DNA of 60,896 nt from a virus (taxonomy: Duplodnaviria > Caudoviricetes): IMG/VR virus record IMGVR_UViG_3300022723_000068, positions 1-60,896 of that record. One strand, 5' to 3'. Below the pieces are notes generated by a model. The model was not told where the DNA came from and did no database searches. It worked only from the letters and a program-made list of their open reading frames with translations. Position numbers and translations under genes: made by a program. Positions 46,313 to 54,379 of this stretch are shown here, piece by piece; the stretch's first letter is position 1; the number at the start of each line of letters is the position of its first letter.

Positions 46313-48273
46313 TCTCCCCAGTTCGCACCCATCTCAACGTCTACCTTGTGCGGTACGTTGCAGGGAACGGCGTCCCTCATACACTCGCCCAAGGCGAGCG
46401 CCTCTTCTTTGTTCTCGACTGTCTGGCAGAGCTCGTCGTGGACCTGCAGTTGCAGACGGAAGCCCGCCTCGTCGGCGTCCACCATGGCCTGCTTCATTTG
46501 ATCGCCCGAGCTCCCCTGGATGAGTCTGTTGAGCGCCTTGTGGACCCAGTCATAGTTGCCGAAGTCGTCCTGCGGAAAGTGACAGCGCCGTCCGAGCACG
46601 GTCACAACGAAGCCGTTCTTCGTCGCCTGTTTCTTGGCGATCTTGGCGAGCCCTCGCACGTAGGGTGCTCGCTGATCGAACTTATCTAGGAGCGCTTGCG
46701 CTTCTTCGCCCGCGACCTCCCAGATCTTTCCACCTGTGGCGCGTACACGCTCCACGGCCTCCGCCTTGTCGTCGAAGTAGAAGCGGCTTCTCTTCGTAGA
46801 TACAAGCCAGCGCGTGGGCAGATCCAGCTGAACTGCCAGCTTCTTACCGCCCATTCCGTAGCAGAGCCCTAGATAGATCGTCTTCGCAGGCTTTCGCGGG
46901 ATCTCGCAGAGATCCGCCATCATCTGATGGTTGTCGGTGGACGGGTCGTTGCGGTATCTCTCTGCGGCCTCTTTCGCCCGAGGTAGCTTGCAGATCTCGG
47001 CGAAGTGGGTCAGCCATCTAGGCTCCTGCTGCGAGTAGTCGTTGGAGGCCCAATAACCGCCCTCTTCCGGCAGATAGAGGCCCCTGATGAGACCTCCTAT
47101 CTCAGGGTCTCTTCCTGGCGAGGGCTGTTGCTGGAGATTCGGGTCCACGCAGCTTAGACGTCCGTAGGCGGCGCCCTGGGTGTCGTCTGAGCCGTCGTCT
47201 TTCGGTCGTTTCAACTGGTTGAAGGTGGCGTGTATCCTGCCGTCGACCTGGTAGCGCTCGATAGAGGCGATGAACGTCGTGCGGGCCTTGTTGATCTTGC
47301 GAGCCCTCAGCAAGAGCTCACCCACCTCTCCAGCGGACTTCATGACGGCCTCGTTGACGAGAGGGTGGCCGTTCTTGTCTGCTCCTAGGGCAATCCCCTG
47401 TCGCCTGAGAGGCTCAGCCATGGCCTCGGCCGACCAGACGTTGCCTACGCCTACCTGGAATCCCGTACGTTTGTGCACTTCATCTAGTAGGCGGGCCTCT
47501 TCGTCTAGCGTCCACATCTTCGCTCTCTCAAGGCCGTCCATGTCGATACCAACGCCTCGCCTGCGCATCTTGACCAGCACGGGCAGCACTCGAGACTCGA
47601 GATTGTATATCTGCCAGAGATCAGCATCGTCGATGCGCCGTTCTTGTTTCCTTAAGATCTCGAGCGGGAGCACGGCGTCTTCGGTGGCGTAGGGGCCGAC
47701 GTACTTGGAGTGCAGACGCCACATCTCGGATTTGGGGTCGATCCCGTAGGCGTTCGCGGCCTCGCGCAACAGATCCTCGTTCTTTCCAGGGAACCCATAC
47801 CTCTTTGATATTGCGTCGAGTGAATAGCTGTGGTACAGCTCGTTGATGAGAGGGTCGGCGATCTGGATGTCGCGGAAGAATCGAGCGTTGCGAAATACTA
47901 CGCGCTCTTCGGCGAGGTAGTCCGTGTCGTAGGACAGGTTCGCGCCGACGATGTCTCCGTCGAACACTTCGGCCTGATCCTGTAGATACTGAATCACGCG
48001 CTCAGGGTCTAGATTGCCGCCCGCCTCGTGGCGCATGGGCAGATAGAACGAGTCTCCGTCTTCGATGGCGAAGGACACGCCCGTGATATAGCCGCCCCGC
48101 CGCACCGACGGGCCGAGTTCCTTCAGATACGGATCGCGGGTCTCGATGTCCAGCCCGACGCGCTTGGCGCCAGCCCAAGACGGGAGATCATCGAGATTGG
48201 GCGGCGTCCAGTCCGATTCGGGCGCGAACATGATCTGCTGCCCCGGCGCCTTGATCGTTCTACTCCTCGCCAT
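46303..48273 (-). CDS. polA: DNA polymerase family A with 3'-5' exonuclease
   Basis: Exo DIET; GRLS..PNLQQ; motif A DYSQQEPR; motif B R..AKTIYLGLCYG; motif C VHDE. Confidence 0.95.
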   Translation of the reverse strand: MARSRTIKAPGQQIMFAPESDWTPPNLDDLPSWAGAKRVGLDIETRDPYLKELGPSVRRGGYITGVSFAIEDGDSFYLPMRHEAGGNLDPERVIQYLQDQAEVFDGDIVGANLSYDTDYLAEERVVFRNARFFRDIQIADPLINELYHSYSLDAISKRYGFPGKNEDLLREAANAYGIDPKSEMWRLHSKYVGPYATEDAVLPLEILRKQERRIDDADLWQIYNLESRVLPVLVKMRRRGVGIDMDGLERAKMWTLDEEARLLDEVHKRTGFQVGVGNVWSAEAMAEPLRRQGIALGADKNGHPLVNEAVMKSAGEVGELLLRARKINKARTTFIASIERYQVDGRIHATFNQLKRPKDDGSDDTQGAAYGRLSCVDPNLQQQPSPGRDPEIGGLIRGLYLPEEGGYWASNDYSQQEPRWLTHFAEICKLPRAKEAAERYRNDPSTDNHQMMADLCEIPRKPAKTIYLGLCYGMGGKKLAVQLDLPTRWLVSTKRSRFYFDDKAEAVERVRATGGKIWEVAGEEAQALLDKFDQRAPYVRGLAKIAKKQATKNGFVVTVLGRRCHFPQDDFGNYDWVHKALNRLIQGSSGDQMKQAMVDADEAGFRLQLQVHDELCQTVENKEEALALGECMRDAVPCNVPHKVDVEMGANWGECG

Positions 48274-48811
48274 AGTCTCCTCCAAACACGGCCCCGTTAT
48301 GACTAAAGACACGCGTCTCTGCAAACGAGCTGATGAACGCCTCTTCGACCTTTACTCCGAAAGGGTGCAGGGCCGAGCGAGATCCCCTAGTGAGTTCGTT
48401 ACGCATCTCTGTGCCCTCAACCAGACTCTCGAGTATGGTGACGAACTCGCGAGCCATTACCGCTTTCACTGTCCCCTTTTGAGCCATCTCCTCGATGGTG
48501 TCGTCGAAGTCGGTGGTCTCGACCAGCGCTTTCTCGACATCGTCAACTGTGTAGACGACGACCGTGTAGACCGAAACCGAGAACCCGTCCTTCGTGGTCA
48601 ACGTCTGCTCGACTTCCACCGACTGTCTTCTGGTCTCAAGCGTCACGACAGAGGTCGTTATCGGCCAATACCAATAGAGATGTCCAGGGCGGAGCAAGAC
48701 GATCCTGCCTCCCGGCTTGAATTTTACGCCGCCTTCTGTCGGGGTCAACAGTTCCATCTGCGGGAGCAGACTCCACAGGAAGTCGAAGATGTCGTTGAGC
48801 CAGTCGAACAC
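48260..48811 (-). CDS. SPFH / Band 7 domain protein
   Basis: GV.F..G..L.PG..W.WP, QTLTTKDG and FGVKVE motifs. Confidence 0.8.
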   Translation of the reverse strand: MFDWLNDIFDFLWSLLPQMELLTPTEGGVKFKPGGRIVLLRPGHLYWYWPITTSVVTLETRRQSVEVEQTLTTKDGFSVSVYTVVVYTVDDVEKALVETTDFDDTIEEMAQKGTVKAVMAREFVTILESLVEGTEMRNELTRGSRSALHPFGVKVEEAFISSFAETRVFSHNGAVFGGDYGEE

Positions 48812-49206
48812 TACGTCTCTCTAGAGCCTTTCTGAGCCTCGATCCCACCCCAACCACCGCCGACAAGTTCTATGTCGGCGCAGCGAGGGGCTCTGACCCA
48901 GAGAGAATAGGACACGCCCTTGAGAATGCTCTCAAGTCTGTGCGTAAATTCAGGTCGCACCATTCCGAACATGCCTGGTGCCCAGCGTTTGTAGCCGTTC
49001 CAGTCGTCTTCTTCGTAGATCTCCTCTAAGTAGCCGCCCCAGAGAATTATTCTCAAGGCGTACGCAGGGTGCGTGTGAAAGCACTCGTAGGCGTCCGCCT
49101 TAACAAACTTGTGCAGATCTATTCTCCACCCTCTGAAGTGGAACAGGTGCTTGATGTAGAACACAGGTTCTCCCGCGTGGTTCCCGATCCATCTGTCCCA
49201 GTTCAT
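48811..49206 (-). CDS. Cupin-like protein
   Basis: LH.F..D...HTHP..IL.GGY.E..HR. Confidence 0.6.
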   Translation of the reverse strand: MNWDRWIGNHAGEPVFYIKHLFHFRGWRIDLHKFVKADAYECFHTHPAYALRIILWGGYLEEIYEEDDWNGYKRWAPGMFGMVRPEFTHRLESILKGVSYSLWVRAPRCADIELVGGGWGGIEAQKGSRET

Positions 49207-49451
49207 CGTCTCTCCACTCCCATGCACCCTTCCCATGCGCGGTTCGGTGGCCAGTACTCCTCGCGTTCTTGGTCCCACTCATCCTCATTGCGGTCTCTGA
49301 GAAGATGCCCGCAGACTAGCGGACGTTCGACCCAGGTCGGAGACTCAGATTCGCCGATATCTCCGGTCGGTAGACTAGAAGGTTCGAACGCGCACTGCCA
49401 CCCAACAGTCAGAAATATTAAAAACGCGAATAGTTTGAGAACCCGACTCAT
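49203..49451 (-). CDS. Small exported or membrane protein
   Basis: N-terminal hydrophobic segment; ATGA-coupled. Confidence 0.5.
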   Translation of the reverse strand: MSRVLKLFAFLIFLTVGWQCAFEPSSLPTGDIGESESPTWVERPLVCGHLLRDRNEDEWDQEREEYWPPNRAWEGCMGVERR

Positions 49452-49672
49452 CTGTATCTCCCCGTTACATGCAGCCAGTTGAAGAGTCTACGCACAAAGT
49501 AAGACCTTACGACAGACACGGTCGTAAAGAGTATCGTGATGCTAACGTGCGCCCCAATGTCGACATAGATGCCAAAGAGCGGGAAAACAAGCAACTGAGT
49601 ACAGAGCGCCACTGCGAAACCGATGGCGATCGAGAGACAAACCTCTATGAGGCTCACTATCTTGCGTTGCAC
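49448..49672 (-). CDS. Small two-TM protein (S..E...IG...RSY.VRR.FN family)
   Basis: Recognisable motif; GTG start just after the TS stop. Confidence 0.65.
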   Translation of the reverse strand: MQRKIVSLIEVCLSIAIGFAVALCTQLLVFPLFGIYVDIGAHVSITILFTTVSVVRSYFVRRLFNWLHVTGRYR

Positions 49673-49673
49673 G

Positions 49674-50753
49674 TCAGACTTCCTGTACGTCGGCGACTTC
49701 ACTCTGCTTGGCGAGATAGCGCTCTTTGCGTCTTCGTAACCACATCTCGCATAAGGCTCGCCAGTCGTAGGCGCGGACCTCCTGAATGATCTCGAGCGCC
49801 TCGTCGTATCGATCGGCGTTGCCTGACTTGAAGACCTTGTGCGCACGTATCATAGGCAACGCCACACGGCGAAAGAACCAGGACGTATAGCCGAGCGCCT
49901 CGTCCTCCTCGTCCATGAACATCTGCAGATCAGCCTCCCAGCGATCGAGAGGTTCGCCGGCCTGGATGAGATGCGGGGCCGATAGTCTTTCTTGCGCCTC
50001 GTAGGGTGATCTCACGCGCCGCTCCTCATAGTAGGGGGCTGGCGCGTACATTTCGAGTGATCTGATCTTCTCGAGCGTATCGACGTAGGCGTGCCAGTTG
50101 TCGCTGACCTGCCAGTAGCGACCAGGCTCGACCCCAAGGGCGCCGGCCATGTAGGAGAGGAGCATCCCGAAGTGAGGCGCGTCGGCGCCGTAGGTTCCCC
50201 ACACGAGATCGTTCGATCTGTTGAACACCGTCATGTCGAGCATGCCGTAGGGTGACATCTGGAAATGCACGGTCGTGTTGCAGGGCACGTCTTTACCGGG
50301 GAGCACAAGATCGGTCGACGCGTCCCAGATCTGGAGGATCTGCCTACGGCAGTTAGGATTCTCCGCGAGGTTCTTCTGTATCCACGCGAGCTGGTCGAGC
50401 GGGACTCCTCGCGGCGACTGCCATCGTCTGCGCCATCTCTCACCGTAGGCCCCGTGCAGAGTCTCACCGTCGTCGCTGAACTCCCGCATGCGGGCGATGA
50501 AGCGGGCGGGATAGTCGACGTCGTTGCGGCCGGCCAGCATCCATAAGCCCTCAAAAAGAGTCGCGAACGGATTGATGTCGCGCTCCTCCCAGAAGCAGCA
50601 CATCTCGAGCGGCGCCTGGTAGCAGGTCGTCACCGGGTGAGGCGCGACGAGCACCCTCCCCGCTCTGGAATCCGACTCGACGCCGTTGTGCAGGATGTAG
50701 CGTACCGCCATCGGCAGCGCGTCGTGGACGTTCCTTGCGTTTATCACGTGCAT
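49674..50753 (-). CDS. Thymidylate-synthase-family dNMP (hydroxy)methylase, dCMP-type Asp
   Basis: GAYG.RWR, catalytic DVPCN, RSNDLVWGTYGAD and NWHAY motifs; start ATG 50753. Confidence 0.88.
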   Translation of the reverse strand: MHVINARNVHDALPMAVRYILHNGVESDSRAGRVLVAPHPVTTCYQAPLEMCCFWEERDINPFATLFEGLWMLAGRNDVDYPARFIARMREFSDDGETLHGAYGERWRRRWQSPRGVPLDQLAWIQKNLAENPNCRRQILQIWDASTDLVLPGKDVPCNTTVHFQMSPYGMLDMTVFNRSNDLVWGTYGADAPHFGMLLSYMAGALGVEPGRYWQVSDNWHAYVDTLEKIRSLEMYAPAPYYEERRVRSPYEAQERLSAPHLIQAGEPLDRWEADLQMFMDEEDEALGYTSWFFRRVALPMIRAHKVFKSGNADRYDEALEIIQEVRAYDWRALCEMWLRRRKERYLAKQSEVADVQEV

Positions 50754-50980
50754 ATTGGCACCTCTATCTTTACCACAATCTGGAGCCTGTCCGAGTAGCA
50801 GCCCGGGCAGACGTAAAACCATCTCTTTACGAATTCTTGCCGGTCCTCGTCCCACTCCTTGACAGGGCCGGACGTATCGAGCTGCGACGTATGCCACTCG
50901 CACTCACAGCACTCACAGACGACGTAGTCGTTAGCTGTTGGCACCAATGAACTCCTCTCCATGTCTGCACGATCCCACAC
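50744..50980 (-). CDS. Small zinc-finger protein
   Basis: CECC..CPGC. Confidence 0.5.
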   Translation of the reverse strand: MWDRADMERSSLVPTANDYVVCECCECEWHTSQLDTSGPVKEWDEDRQEFVKRWFYVCPGCYSDRLQIVVKIEVPICT

Positions 50981-51006
50981 ACGTATTCTCCTTTTCTATC
51001 AACAGT

Positions 51007-51495
51007 TTACAATCCTACTGCATGAACAGACCTTTGTAGACCGGCTATGAACTCTCCCCACCACTGAGTCGCCTGCACCAGGTTCTCAGGTCGGTTGTAC
51101 CAGTGATTTCGACCAGAGGTGTGGGGGACGCAGACGAAACGGTAGCCGTGGACCCTGTTGACGTTGAGCTCAAAGAACGGTAGCGACTTGTTGCAGTATC
51201 CGAAGGCTCGAGAGACGTTTCGCCCGACGAAGATTATCGTGCGTTCTCTGGCCATCCTTTCGACGACTTGCGCGGCGATCTTCGCCTTTGCGACTGGAAA
51301 CGAGTCTCCGTTCTGAATGGCTCCAGGGAACTTCTGCAATAGGTTTACACGTTCAAACGTCCGTTCGTACTCCTCCAAGGTCAGTCCAGTCATTTGTTGT
51401 AGTCTATGGCCCGCAGAGTTTCGTATTCGAGCACAGAGGGGGCGCATGGGGTCCGTGTCCGGCCCTGGCGCTTGACCTACGAGAAGCGGCTTCAC
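51007..51495 (-). CDS. Uracil-DNA glycosylase superfamily protein
   Basis: LLVGQAPG motif A and PHTSGRN motif B. Confidence 0.75.
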   Translation of the reverse strand: MKPLLVGQAPGPDTDPMRPLCARIRNSAGHRLQQMTGLTLEEYERTFERVNLLQKFPGAIQNGDSFPVAKAKIAAQVVERMARERTIIFVGRNVSRAFGYCNKSLPFFELNVNRVHGYRFVCVPHTSGRNHWYNRPENLVQATQWWGEFIAGLQRSVHAVGL

Positions 51496-51677
51496 TTCTT
51501 CCGTCCGAAATTCGACAAGCTGGTTTCGTTAAACTTTCTACCATTCTCCTGATAGGGCGGTCTTACACCTGTGCCCGCCTCCCATCGTTCTCGCCAGCAG
51601 TCACCGATGCTCTGCAGCGGGAACACGAGCAGTTGCTTTCTGCGGTTGTCCTTCTTTGGTGGCGGTATCTCTTCCAT
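51492..51677 (-). CDS. Hypothetical protein
   Basis: 61 aa, coupled to its neighbours. Confidence 0.4.
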   Translation of the reverse strand: MEEIPPPKKDNRRKQLLVFPLQSIGDCWRERWEAGTGVRPPYQENGRKFNETSLSNFGRKK

Positions 51678-51678
51678 G

Positions 51679-51876
51679 CTACTTCTCCCGACAGTAGAGG
51701 CGCGTGAGCACTTCGAGGTCTCGGTCGACGATGTCGTCGCCCTTGACCTTACACATGCGATTCGCTAATGCACGCACTTGTCTCTTGTTCAATTTAGGCA
51801 GAGCGCTAGTCTCCAAGAACTGATTGATGCGTGTTGTGTATCTGTCCCGCTTCGCTTTGTCTATCGCACCAGACAT
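51679..51876 (-). CDS. Hypothetical protein
   Basis: ATG 51876 overlapping the helicase end. Confidence 0.45.
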   Translation of the reverse strand: MSGAIDKAKRDRYTTRINQFLETSALPKLNKRQVRALANRMCKVKGDDIVDRDLEVLTRLYCREK

Positions 51877-53066
51877 ACTTCTTCTCCCGCTCTGGTAACA
51901 GCCGTGTAGAGCCATCTGTAGTAGTCGTCGCCGCGCATCATCCGCTCGTCGAACACGAGCACCTTCGGCCACTCACTGCCCTGGCTCTTGTGGCAGGTCA
52001 GTGTGTAGCCGTAGTCGAAGTGGGTAGCCTGGTCCATCTCCCATAGCGTCGGCTTCTCTCCTTGGAAATAGTGGCGGTGGACAGCCAGCTGCTGGACCTG
52101 CCCGCCATCTTCGGGTTCGAGACCAAGCAGAAGATCGCAACCGTCGACGTCTACGAACTCGTCGTCGTCCACTTCCTGCATAGTCTCTCTCACACACCAG
52201 ATGGCGCCGTTTAAGAGACCCACGTCATGTTCATTCTTGAGACACACAAGTCTGTCGCCCACGACAGGCATGCCGCCGTTCTCTCGGCCTAGGAGGCTCC
52301 TGATCCTGTGGTTCCAGCGCTGTCGGGTCTTGTTCTTGCCCACGATGACCTGGTTGACGCTCAAGACGTCTTCTGAGGTGATCTCTTGACGACGGATAAC
52401 GCGGCTCTCTCCGTACTGGCCGGCGTGAGGGATCTCCTTGTTACGGATCGAGGTGGCGAGTCTGATGATCGGGTTGTCGGCGGCCTGCCGATGAATATGC
52501 TCGAGCATGAAGTCGGGCTCGGCGTCGATGAAGTAGCCGGCGCCGTAGACGGGCGGCAGCTGGGCCGGGTCGCCCAGGACCAGGATCTTGCAGCCGAAGG
52601 ACTCAAGATCGCGGCCCATCTCCTCGTTGACCATCGAGACCTCGTCCACGACCAATAGATCTGTCTCTCTTAGATCAGAGTCGAGGTTCAGCGTGAACAT
52701 CGGCCGCTTGGCGTTCTCCTCTTCTAAGGTGATCTCGTGTTTCGTCTTCGCGTAGAAAGGGTCTTTCTCGTCCATATCTTCGAGCTTCTTCTTGAGCTCA
52801 AGGAGACGACTCCTGGACCGTGACGTCGGGACGTACGCGAGGCTGTGTAGCGTTCTTGCAGGGCAGCCCTTCTTCTGCAACACGTGGGCGGCCTTGCCTG
52901 TGTAGGCCCCGAAGAGGACGTTGCCCACGCCCTCCGCGAGGTGTTTAGCCAACGTGGTCTTGCCCGTGCCGGCGTAGCCGAAGAGACGAAAGACCTGTTG
53001 GTCGGAACTCTCCAGCCAGCGTTGCACTGACTGGAGAGCCCGGTTCTGCTCCTCTGAGAACCGCAC
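51861..53066 (-). CDS. SF1B helicase (RecD/Dda-like)
   Basis: GYAGTGKT, VDEVSM, GDPAQLPPV, HKSQGSEW and YTAVTRA motifs. Confidence 0.92.
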   Translation of the reverse strand: MRFSEEQNRALQSVQRWLESSDQQVFRLFGYAGTGKTTLAKHLAEGVGNVLFGAYTGKAAHVLQKKGCPARTLHSLAYVPTSRSRSRLLELKKKLEDMDEKDPFYAKTKHEITLEEENAKRPMFTLNLDSDLRETDLLVVDEVSMVNEEMGRDLESFGCKILVLGDPAQLPPVYGAGYFIDAEPDFMLEHIHRQAADNPIIRLATSIRNKEIPHAGQYGESRVIRRQEITSEDVLSVNQVIVGKNKTRQRWNHRIRSLLGRENGGMPVVGDRLVCLKNEHDVGLLNGAIWCVRETMQEVDDDEFVDVDGCDLLLGLEPEDGGQVQQLAVHRHYFQGEKPTLWEMDQATHFDYGYTLTCHKSQGSEWPKVLVFDERMMRGDDYYRWLYTAVTRAGEEVCLVR

Positions 53067-53075
53067 GACGACGCT

Positions 53076-53894
53076 CTAGAACGGGATATCGTCGTCGCCG
53101 GCCTCTTCTCCGTCGAGCGACTCGTGAGCCGCTCGCGCCTCGCCCGACTTGACCATCTCAGCGACCTGCTTGGCCGACTCCAGGGCGGGAGATCCCGGCT
53201 CGAGGAGTGATTCCTTGATGGTGCCGTTCGCAGGCGACAGAGTGAAGTTGAAGAAGTCACCCTCGGAGTTCGATTCGCCCTTCGTGCCCAGGCGCACAGT
53301 GTGTGCGTAGATGGGCGGACGGATCTTGCGCTCGCCGACCTTCATGGTAAACATGCGAAGACTGGTGTTCCAGCGCTTGTAAACCTTGATCTTGGTCGAC
53401 GTGAAGGCCACGACCGCCATGCCGACAGGCTCGAGATCCTCGTCCACGACGGAGAAGTAGACGTAGAACGTTTCGACAAGATCGTTCTGGCCGCCTCCCT
53501 CGCGCGGGCACTTGAGTCTGCCGAACTCTTCCGAGTTCTCCTTCGCCTCGGTCACGACTTCGGAGTTAATCGGGTGGAGCCCGACGAAGCCTCCGCCTTC
53601 CTTGCGCGGAACCCACTCGACGTAGATGTGCTCGGTGTGAGCGGGGACCAGGATCAGCCCCTCCTTCGGATCGATGAGCTCGTTCGTCACCGTGTTGAAG
53701 AGCATGCCCGGCTTGGCGCCTTCGACTTCGCCCTTCGCCACCTGGGGCGAGAGCCCTTGGAGACAGGAGATAAACGGGATAGCGATGTCGTCGCGGGTCT
53801 GGTTGTCGAAACCGCCGCCAGTGTCTTCACCGTAGTCGTACATCGCGGCAGCCGTGTTCTTCGGCTTTGCGACTTCCTTCTTACTTTCAGCCAT
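53076..53894 (-). CDS. Putative ssDNA-binding protein
   Basis: IPF...LQ.LSPQ, YVEW.PR..GGG; acidic tail DDDIPF; RBS AAGGAGG. Confidence 0.75.
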   Translation of the reverse strand: MAESKKEVAKPKNTAAAMYDYGEDTGGGFDNQTRDDIAIPFISCLQGLSPQVAKGEVEGAKPGMLFNTVTNELIDPKEGLILVPAHTEHIYVEWVPRKEGGGFVGLHPINSEVVTEAKENSEEFGRLKCPREGGGQNDLVETFYVYFSVVDEDLEPVGMAVVAFTSTKIKVYKRWNTSLRMFTMKVGERKIRPPIYAHTVRLGTKGESNSEGDFFNFTLSPANGTIKESLLEPGSPALESAKQVAEMVKSGEARAAHESLDGEEAGDDDIPF

Positions 53895-54009
53895 GGTTAG
53901 GCCTCCTTACTTAATTGCGCGGCCGTATTCATTTAGAGTCCCCGGGCACAGAGTGGGACTGTCGGCCTCTCACCGCGTCACGCCACTAGAGCAGGCGTTC
54001 TCTAATTCG

Positions 54010-54370
54010 GAGGAGAGCCCGACTGAAGTCGGACTCCCACTACGACTTTCTGTTGCCAGGCCGCCGCGGCCCCGCTACTGGCTATGCGGCCAGCGGCAGA
54101 TCGGCTTCATCGAAGCCAAAGTTATCGTCGTTTGCGATTACTTTATTAGTGATTGCGTCACCACTCGAGCTGTCTATCACGCTTCCGCACGCCATGTCGA
54201 ATCCTGTTCAGCCCCGTCAGAAGCGCCCCAAGCATTCCTCAGCGGATTTCAAGGAGGCACCTGCCTTTTGGGTGTCGATCACACACCCTAGAGACGCTTC
54301 TGGTGGAGCTGGCGGGAATCGAACCCGCGTCCACAACGCCTACTAACGCAACTTCATACAGCCATAACTT
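54010..54370 (-). ncRNA. ssrA: Circularly permuted (two-piece) tmRNA
   Basis: Acceptor piece ends GGTTCGATTCCCGCCAGCTCCACCA at 54301; 85-nt spacer; coding piece starts GGGGCTGAACAGGATTCGAC at 54215; tag frame 54135-54082 reads ANDDNFGFDEADLPLAA*. Outer ends approximate. Confidence 0.92.
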
Positions 54371-54379
54371 GCCAACGAA

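Noticed and set aside
49674-50753. YuA/M6-type thymidine hypermodification
   Set aside because: The specificity residue is Asp, and no aGPT-Pplase or 5hmU DNA kinase was recognised.
54301-54335. tRNA gene or attP fragment
   Set aside because: There is no D or anticodon arm. The matching tmRNA 5' end and tag frame are present nearby, and no integrase was recognised.
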